A program made the position numbers and the translations under genes. The notes beneath the pieces are model-generated. The model saw nothing but the letters and a program-made list of their open reading frames with translations. It was not told the DNA's origin and ran no database searches. DNA of 59,227 bases, filler included, from Sphacelaria rigidula (Eukaryota): NCBI GenBank assembly GCA_964200075.2. It is 5 parts of 5 records of this genome, joined end to end, with 100 filler letters (N's around TTAATTAATTAA, not from the genome) between each part and the next. Parts side by side here need not be neighbours in the genome. Positions count along the whole stretch, not along the records: positions 47,464 to 59,227 come from CAXNAA020004534.1; 4 more parts are not named here. One strand, 5' to 3'. How positions within the stretch are numbered: the first letter of the stretch is position 1; each line of letters starts with the position of its first letter. Shown one piece after another: positions 50,180 through 59,227 of this stretch.

Positions 50180-52405
50180 GTGAGTGCGCTTAGCATTCTT
50201 GTCACGGTGATCGTATAGTGCCTGTGCTACCCTACCATTGCCAGTACACCCCCGTATGGTGTTCCATGTTGTGCATGGCATGGCAATTCAGCAGGCGGGT
50301 GGGAGCCTGTATTGGTGAAGACAAAGTTTGATATGGGAAGATTCGTTTTGTGCGAATGGCCGGTGGGGCGGGGGATTTCGGCTTGAACGTGATGCGTCTC
50401 AACCGGTGAGATCTTGATGTATTACCACAGTACACGTCTCGTGTCTCTCCTTCATCTTGTCGGTCCTGATGCCCAGGATCGGTGGGTTTTGCCGGCCTGT
50501 CTCACAGGACTTCGTCGAGTTGAACATGGTTTGAAACATTGCACACACTGATCCTGAACACCAACCGTCGTTTTTCGAACACACGTGCAGACCACATGAC
50601 ATCATCACACGGACGGTGTTTCACCACTGGAGTATATTGTGTTGTCTGTATGTGCGTGCACAACTGACTCTACCGTGACTGTCGAAAACTGGACGATGTG
50701 CAGCAGGCATCCCCACCTGGTGGCCAAGTGGCCACCCTGCTCCCTGATGAGGGTGGCTCATTGCGCTGTGTAGCTGGTTACCCTGAACTGAATGGCTGTA
50801 GTTCGTCTTCCCCAAATTCATGATCCCACTTCGTTGGTGACTCCGCATCATCGTTGGCGGTTCCCGTTGGGTCGGCTATATCTTGCCTGCTGCTTCCTTA
50901 AATAGTCGAAACTTTTGGCGTCATGCTTGCTGTGTATTTCCCCGTCTTGACTGTACTGACTGTCGTGCACATTAGCAGGGGTTGTACAAGCATGCCTCAT
51001 CTTTTGCATCATGTATTCTCCGGCTGTAGTAACTGAGATTTGTAATCATGAACAAATATGGGCTGTACTGTATGTACCTACTGTCCTGCGTTGCTTCGGA
51101 AACAATTTCAAGCACGTTTTCAAGTTGTCTTTTTCACTTTCATCCTGGCGCGGTTATTGCGCAGTGTTTGCAAGCTATCCAGCCGTAGGCATGAGATGCA
51201 TCATCATTTTGTCGTGCCCGAGATCACAATTGGAAAACCAGATGACCCCGATCGGGCAACGGTGTGTGAGGACACAGCTGTCTATACGACACCTTGTGGC
51301 GGTAGTTGTCTTGGTGGAGTACGATACCTTGTATCTCGTATAATGGTAGCATGGTCAGTTCCAAGCGGCGACGTCAGACCGTGATCGGCGCATTCCGAGT
51401 CTAACCCTTACTTGACCCAACAACCTGAGCCATAATGAGGACCCTCGAGTCAGAGAGGCATGTGATGCCCAAGGCAACAGTTGAGTTGGTACAGCTCTAG
51501 GTGCCGATTTCAGCTTGAAGGCATCATGGCCACAATGACATGAGCACTCAGCACCGTCGGCTGTTGGCCCTCTGAACATATCCATCTGATTCTGTGACCA
51601 GCCTGGAATATAATATTAGTACACATCATGACATGACGACAACCGGCGAGCCCAACTGGTTGTTAAGGTCATGGTGACGTCGATTTTCGTGCGGCTGAAC
51701 AGCAACCAAGATATCATTGATTCACCCGTGGTCGTGTTGAGATGTCTCATTGATGGTCTGTAGTTCCATGACCGTTGAGTTTTTGCCTCTATTTTACCGA
51801 ATTGTTCCACAGGTTTGTGCGCACCGTCTGCCCCTCTCTAGAGGTGTCTCAATCTCGAAAAATTACCTGTATATCCCACACCCACTCTAACCCCATCGAT
51901 GGTAGAATACTGTAGGATATACCAGGAATCTCTTGTTGGAGATACCTTTACTACAGTATCGATTATCCCTCATCGAGAGTAGGTCATCCGTCAGGTGCTA
52001 AATCGGCATCAATTTCACTCGAAAAAAGTATTCATGGGTAAGCGCCGGCTAAGCGTCACAACGGTGGTGGTATTCGGATGAGTCTTCTTGCACAAATCAC
52101 GGGTGGGAGGAGACGTGTTTGTTACTTCTGCAGGTATTGTATCCCGCGAATCTCACGTGGAGAAGATGCCAAACCACCACCACCCCTGCGTAGAATTTAC
52201 GGTTGGTTCCTGTCATGCGGATCACGGGCTGGAAACGTACCATTCGCTTTTGATTCAAGGAATCAGGCGAGTGATGAGGCCATTTCTGAAGCCTTGTCTT
52301 CGCGCATCAGTTTTCGATCGAAACTTGCCGTGAAAAACAAAAATACCGAATTGATGGGCTGTGATTTCAACCATCTTCAAAATTTCCGATGATGGTTGAG
52401 ATTAT

Positions 52406-53618
52406 CAAGATTGTGTTCTGTGAGGTACGGGTACGTTATGTAGGGTATGAGATTGCCATACAGACTTTACAGAACTGTCGGGTACCGGTATAAAAGTGTT
52501 CCAGACTTTACAGAACTTGTCGGGTGCGGTACGGGAGGCTTACAGAGAACCGGTATCGGCAGTCGGGTAACTCTTCTCGGGTATACCCGCCCCCCGGGTT
52601 CGGGTAAATGTATTGTACAGAACTTCCAGAACTATCGGGTACCGGTATAAAAGTGTTCCAGACTTTGCATAACTTTTCGGGCTCGGTATGGGGAGGCTTA
52701 CAGAGAACCGGTACCGGCAGTCGGGTACTCTTTTCGGGTATATCCGCCCTTCGGGTTCGGGTAAATGTATTGTACAGAACTTACAGAACTATCGGGTACC
52801 GGTATGAAAGTGTTACAGACTTTACAGAACTTATCGGGCTCGGTATGGGAGGCTTGAAGAGAACCGGTACCGGCAGTCGGGTACTCTTTTCGGGTATACC
52901 CGTCCTTCGGGTTCGGGTGAATGTATTGTACAGAACTCACAGAACTACCGAGTAAGGGCATGAAAGTCTTCCAGAGATTACAGAACTGTCGAGTACCGGT
53001 ATGAACGTCCTACAGAAGTCACAGAACTGTCGGATACGGCACATACCGGAAAAAATACCCCCGGGTATACAGAAAACCGTACCTTACATAGCACAACCTT
53101 GGTTTTTTTGTTTGGTGTGCTGAAATGAATGAGAGGGCAGGGTGTGTTGGCAGGAGCTGAGAGGTACATTTTGATTGAACCTACACCCACACTTCCAAAG
53201 GGTATATACCTGTGCTCGTACCTGCAACGGGGTATATCTGCAGGGTATGCAAGGGTATACCCTAACCCCGGGTAGGGGTATAGGAAGCTTACAGAACTTG
53301 AAGAACTATCGGGTACCGGTACGAAAGTGTTGCAGACTTCACAGAACTTGTCGTGCTCGGTATGGGAGGCTTACAGAGAACCGGTACCGGCGATCGGGTA
53401 ACTCTTTTCGGGTATACCCGCTCTTCGGGTTCGGGTAAATGTGTTGTACAAAACTTACAGAACTATCGGGTAAGGGTATGGAAGTCTTACAAAGATTACA
53501 GAACTGTCGGGTACCGGTATGAAAGTCCTACAGACGTCACGGAACTGTCGGATACGGTACACACGGGGAAAAATACCCCCGGTATACAGAAAACCGTACC
53601 TTACAAAACACAACCTTG
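52406..53618. mobile_element. hAT-like composite non-autonomous element with 8-bp TSD
   Basis: gagattat|caagattgtgttctg ... aaaacacaaccttg|gaaattac; inserted into a family-A palindrome that normally has that 8-mer once. Confidence 0.85.
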
Positions 53619-53846
53619 GAAATTACGGCCGTTCAGATCGGGAGTTCTGTTTTCCACCGCACGTTTTCCATCAATAACTAATGGGCTAATAAGGGCGTGT
53701 CTCGGCACTTTTTTCTTCGATCGTGAAAGTGCTGTCGAAAAGAAATTATCTCATCTGACAGGTGCACCGCATTTATGTTCCTCGAAGGCTTCAACTCAAA
53801 ATTATAATTGGCGGCGCGCGGTGAAGAATGCGACTAGTGAAAAAAC

Positions 53847-54928
53847 CAGGCCTCTTCACGTCACACGTCACAAACGTACGTCACAACAGTGTGAGATGAC
53901 GTACCGTACCGGTGAAGAAATGTGACGTGACGTATAATTTTAATACGTCACAGTAGCGTATTTCGAAACGTTACGCGTCAGACTATGATACGTTTGTGAC
54001 TTGTGAATGAACGTCACAACCGTCGCACGCTCGACTTGTACCGCAATCAGTGTGGGATGAGCAAATGTGATACTTGCATGATACGATACATGGGTTTACG
54101 AAGAGTGTACATACGTCATCATAATACGCACGCGATGTGAGCGCAAGTTCAGCGCCACGGCAGCATGCACTGCCACAAGACACCCAACCATAGAACATAG
54201 ATCGGGCGAAGATCGGAATCCGAAAGGGCGAGATTCGAATTTCCGAATTTCAAATCTCCAACTTCGATAGCACAGACGGAGCGACGTGTAACGCAACAAT
54301 GAGTGCGGCCCAGGATACCGTAACGATGAGCGCAGCCCAGGGTTCCCCTGCCACGGCAGAGAGAGGGTGCTGCAAGAGAGGATCGTGCAGCAAGCGGAGC
54401 TTTGTACCTCTTCAAAATATAGATCTCCTGCATTCACGCCCTGCTGAGAGAGCAAATCATCATAACGAGGAATCAGATTGCCATGTGTTGGGTGCCCTAC
54501 GGAATGCCAACCGACTACCAGCTATCACCAACGCATGATCTGTACCCACTTGCGTCTGTATATGTACATCATGGCCTGCGCGCGCATCTTGGTATCTCAC
54601 TTTCTGATTATCTTGCATCAAAAACGTACCACTGTATTTCCTTGAAATTGCAACGTGTGAGTCAGGGACGCATGAGCGATACACAAGCTGAAACGCGTTC
54701 TTGCAGTCCAACACAGCGAGCAGAACGCGCCTCTTGCTCGAACAAGGCACCCACCGTGAACCTCCCGTGCGTAGCGTTCATTTGCCCTCAACACGGTCGA
54801 AGTGAAACGTTTCATTTCACGATACACGTTACGTGAAACGTTTCAAAATACGTTACTGTGACGTAACCTAACGTATCACTCCTGAATACGTCACAAGTGT
54901 GACGTAACGTGTAACGTGAAGAGCGCTG
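53847..54928. mobile_element. Second hAT-like non-autonomous element
   Basis: TIR caggcctcttcacg / cgtgaagagcgctg; TSD gaaaaaac / gagaaaac (7/8); ACGT/TGACGT-rich subterminal repeats. Confidence 0.85.
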
Positions 54929-55574
54929 GAGAAAACATTTTTTTTCGATCGAAAACATGCAGTCGAAAGGCACGAAGCGGCACTTGACTCTCATCTTACA
55001 GATCATCACGCCATATAACACCCGTTCACAGCACCATGCAAACTCCATCCAACTCATTCTCAGCTACCACCGCAACCCTGCAGTATAGAGCACGAGTCGA
55101 GCACAACGACACATACACGAAATTAGTTCGGTGGTACTTCCTTTATTTTTTGTCGGCGGAAACTTGCGCATCTTCTCTCATTGTAGTCATCGGGGACGGA
55201 ACTGCGTGCGGTACGGTGGGCAACCGAATTGCGTGCACGCTCATGGACAACGCAGGCAGTCCAAAGCTGCACGTTACTGAAATTATTTTCAAGTCGCACT
55301 GTAGGCAGGGAGAATTGATGGTCTTGGGCCGTCTGCACTGCGTATTGTCGGCTTCCCCCTTATCTTCTCCACGAAACATGCACACACGCACTCGAGATAC
55401 CCTACTTGCAAGCAGTGCAAACAGTACAGACCATGTTCCGTTTCACGAATTTCACTGTCTTTTTTCGATCGAAAGTTTGAAAATCCATCCGGACCCAACT
55501 GCGTCAAAACGAGAATTTGTCATTTGACTCAATTCCACCGCTCGTTTTTTCGATCGAGAAAAAAAGGTGCTAGG

Positions 55575-55780
55575 TCGCCCCAAGACAGGCCCTTATAGCA
55601 CATGAGTTGTCGATGGAAACTGGGCGGTGGAAAGCAAAAATCCTGATCTGATGGGTCGTACTTTCAACCATAGTCGTTTATTTTAATGATGGGTGAAATC
55701 ATGATCTATCAGATGGAGATTTTTGCTTTCCACCGCACAATTTCGGTCGAGAACTCATGTGCGAAGACAGGCCCTCACCA
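55575..55780. mobile_element. Palindromic MITE family A copy
   Basis: gcacatgagttgtcgat...tttcaaccat / atgggtgaaat...gaactcatgtgc. Confidence 0.75.
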
Positions 55781-56319
55781 CATGAGTTTTCGATAGAAAG
55801 TTGTTAGATTAATAACCGTTTCGATATCTCCGCAGTACATTCGTTCTGAACATCTGATGCGGACGCCTTCCGTGGTCACGGCCTAGCGAAATAAAAGAAC
55901 GAAGTAGATCCAGATTAAAACTCAATGAACGCGACACAAGTAAAACAGGGATGAATGATGAACAAGGAAGATTCTACATATGGCTAGCCTCAGAAGATGC
56001 GGTGCCGCAGGTGGCCATTTAGACTTCAGGGGGTGGCACCGGGTTTTTCCACTCGACGCGCGACGCGAAGTAAAAATGAACACAGGGTCCGACTACGGGC
56101 GAGACTCACGGCCCCAAATACCGACAACCAAAGAACTAAGAATCGCAACGTTCCATCTTTCGGCCTCTCGAAGGACCGGCGTATGTACAAGCATACCAGG
56201 TGTATCAAGACAAGCGCTGCGTGACATAACGACACCCCTCATGGGGTGGGGGGGTTCATTCCCCAACCCCCCCTTCTCTGGACCGTCGTCATTGCTGTGC
56301 TATTTGGGCTTCGTTGGTC

Positions 56320-57170
56320 TCGCGTCTAATCGCACGCAGTCGGCTGGCCTCCTCTTCATTTCTGTGCCATGAAGTTATGAACCCCTCCGCTACCTACAGC
56401 ACTCCCGCGTGCCACGGCAACCCCCCTCCTTATTTGCTGCTGAGGTCTACGGGGCGTGGTCAATTCCGAATGTCTGGCGGTTGTCGTCCGAAGAGCCGCC
56501 TGTGGCTTCGAAAGCGTGGAGATCGTCTCCCAGGCACTTCAGCCAGTTTTGTTCCGGGCACCCTGGTCCTGGATCCTCCCCCTCGACTAATATTCCAAAC
56601 GCTATTCGCTTCGGTAATCGTCCGTCGGGTTGTCTAGCCAGGGCTACCGCGAACAGCAGTCGTTGTTTGCCGGGCGATGGCTTCGGCACTTGGGCATCCG
56701 GTTTCCTTGAGGGCCTGACTCGCAGGAGGAGCTGGTAGTGCACGTTTCCAAGCAAGTCGTAGTGTTCGCGGCGTGAGGCCCACGCCATGCATCCGTATGG
56801 TAAGGCCTCCATCCCCTCCGCTTTCAGCAGTCAGACCTTGAGTCTCCATGGTGCTTTCGGTCGGTCAAATCGGTCGAGCTCCCGGGAGAACTTTGATGCA
56901 CGCCCACGCTGCTCTGCTCCGATTGTTGATTTCTTGCCTGCGTTCGCCCTCTTCGTTGATCAGCCCCCGCCCAAATATCGGAAACTTCTACTCTGGACGC
57001 ATCTCTGACCCGATGCTTCAATGATCAGCGGTGGGGGAGACGGTGTTGGTGACTCCCCCTTGTTTGATACTTGCCTCGGCACTCGCATCAAGAGAGTGTC
57101 CGTCTTCTTCTCCGATACGGTCAGTCCAAAGGCCCCAAACACGTCCACTATGACGATCATCATCCTCGCC
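56320..57170 (-). mobile_element. 5'-truncated RTE-type LINE, RT C-terminal part
   Basis: FGLTVSEKKT..FRYLG; EALPYGCMAW; RLPKRIAFG..PEQNWLKCLGDDL; frameshifted. Confidence 0.85.
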
Positions 57171-57179
57171 AGTCCGAAA

Positions 57180-57510
57180 CTGCGCTGTAGAAAATAAGAA
57201 TCCTAATCTGCTAGGTCGTAATTTCAACCATCGTCAAAAATTGTCGAGATGGTTGAAATCACGACTCATCAGATCGGGATTTTTGTTTTCCACCACTCAA
57301 GTTCGATCGAACACTAATGTACCGAGGCCCTGTCTTGGCACATGAGTTTTCGATCAAAATTGTTCTGTAGAAAGTAAAGATTCTGATTTGATAAATCGTA
57401 ATTTCAACCATCGTCGTTGAAGATGGTTGAAATCACGACCTATCAGATCAGAATCTTTGCTTTCCACCGTACTTTTTCGATCGGAAACCCATGTTCCAAG
57501 ACGGGCCCGG
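57180..57510. mobile_element. Two tandem palindromic MITE family A copies
   Basis: Two hairpins sharing the junction ggccctgtcttggcacatgagttttcgatc. Confidence 0.8.
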
Positions 57511-58081
57511 AGACAGGGCCTAAGACACCGCTTCAGAAGTCTTGCGAAACACGTGCGCAGCGAACCGTACCTTTTATTTATACGACACGTATCAAGGGCG
57601 GGAACACGTGGAATTCGTACCGCGAGACCAACTTTTATGAATACGAATCTCGATTTTTTTAGACCCCGAGTTCTTGAATTCGCGAACTCAATATCGGAGG
57701 GACCGTTTTATACGACAGACAACACTAACAGTATCACATATTTGTGAGATATCAAATTAGTTCTGCACAGTCATTTTCTGTCTGAGCGTGGTACTGTGTA
57801 CTCGTGCATGAAGCCGAAGGGCCCGCAGGCCGTGAAAAACCCTTCGAGTACGAGTACAGTGTCACACCCTAGTACCCTAGGGCAAAACAGAGCAGGACAC
57901 TCCCATCAGTACAGGTACGGGGTAAGCATATATTAAAATGAAGATCGAGATACAAACATGACCATTTTTTCTTCATCTCTTCGCCCTTGGTGCAACAACT
58001 GTCCCGAGTCCATGACTGAAGCAACGCTGAATGAAAGCATATCCTTTTGCACGAAACGATGCCCCGCCGATGGATGTACAG

Positions 58082-58163
58082 CGTGCTTGTGGAGCTGGCC
58101 GCCGACAACAGTGTGACCATGGAAGCGTACATGGACGGCGAGGTGGTGTGCAGCATGACAGAG
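58082..58163 (+). CDS. Next exon of the His-rich/PhoD-like gene
   Basis: CAG acceptor in phase 2 gives TETDA-R-VLVELAADNSVTMEAYMDGEVVCSMTE; GTAAGT donor. Confidence 0.7.
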
Positions 58164-59227
58164 GTAAGTGCCACAAACACCAAGAAAAACGCCCGCTATC
58201 TACAGATCATATCCCCGGTGAGCGGCGAGTCACAGGCACGCCCACGTGGCATGATCTGTTTTTTTCTTCGGCAGTGTCGTTCCTGTTCGATAATTTGTAG
58301 GCGGTATTTTAGGAGGTTGAACGCCCCACACGGAACACGTGGCGTCTGCTGATGCCGAAACTTGGTGCACGTGTGGATTGAAGCCGCAGGCAGGTGTTTG
58401 GACAGCAGTTTCGGCGACCTCGGAATGATTATGCACTTGGATGGCGTGATTCCAAGATCCAGAACATTTTTCAAGGACAATTCTAGAGCGTAACAATACG
58501 AAATCCGCGCGGGGGCAGGGGTAGATCTTGCCGCGTAGTCAGGGGGGAGAGTTCTTTTGCCAAGGACCACTGCGGACCTGTTTTTGAGGGGACAAAGTCT
58601 GGTACCTCACAGCGCCATACTTGGCACGGCGGTCACCACGAAGATCTGAGAATGACAAAGGTGGTTGTCGTTCTCTTCTATAAGAAATCAACTGGATATA
58701 TCCACGAGGTATGCTCTCACGTAAAGATGTCCACTAATGTCTGACAGGCGTGTGATTGCCCTTTGGGATTTCAACGTCGTTCCAGAACAGGACGGGGTGC
58801 GAGTTGCAATTTCAAATCTTTGAACGAATGGATCGCGGGTATTCAAGCCCTGCCGAGGTGTAGTTCGCACCGTACAGGTAGTACTACCGTACTCGTACTG
58901 CCACGAGGAACACACATTGTTGTCTTTGTCGGGAATCGTCGTGGCGGAATACACCCTTGTAATCTAAGCATATCAAGCCTTGGATCATGACCGTCAATAG
59001 TGACGCCGCGGATTATGAGTTACAATCGTTGTGGAGTGCCTCCACAAAACACACACACACTGTTGACGGAGGGAGGGGGGGGCAGAGTAACTGAGCACAA
59101 GTATCATTTTGAGACTCACACAACTCTTCTTTCCGCAACGACGTCATGCAAGTGATTAGACCCACTTTTATGGCAAACGAATCCCGATTTTTTTGGACCC
59201 TGATTTTGAAAAAATCGGGGGGACTCA

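Noticed and set aside
49444-50193. 249-aa ORF with TATEVPMA repeats, and its antisense ORFs
   Set aside because: Shadow frames of the 18-bp repeat; only the His/Gly frame splices into the downstream domain-like exon.
51340-51830. TTDHQ, a gypsy RNase H-like word
   Set aside because: Single short motif among many stops.
1-59227. Most 60-200 aa ORFs in the supplied track
   Set aside because: Expected by chance in ~50% GC intronic and repeat DNA; no motifs or splice support.

Overview
Eukaryotic, transposon-rich DNA, most likely from a brown alga (inferred from an Ectocarpus-type polymorphic-membrane-protein gene and long GT-AG introns). The window is not one locus. It is five unrelated ~11.77-kb contigs (1-11766, 11867-23632, 23733-35498, 35599-47363, 47464-59227) joined by 100-bp N/TTAATTAATTAA spacers. 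Main result: contig 2 is almost filled by a 10.4-kb piggyBac-type element (12091-22504). It has CCCTTT-starting TIRs and a TTAA duplication, and the empty site can be rebuilt from a paralogous repeat arm. It carries a decayed, intron-split gene that appears to fuse an OTU-like cysteine protease and a small Cys/His finger to a piggyBac transposase. It also carries a convergent small ORF remnant resembling the P2RX7_C/KolX module. Contig 3 holds five in-frame exons of a secreted parallel-beta-helix (POMP-like) protein. Contig 5 holds a gene with a long His/Gly/Glu-rich N-terminus followed by a PhoD-like phosphatase start, with a 7.9-kb intron of nested TEs. The rest is MITEs (Tourist/PIF-like, hAT-like), RTE LINE, Copia/Gypsy and pogo remnants, SINE-like heads and tandem repeats. 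All protein family calls come from motif recognition by eye; no searches were run.
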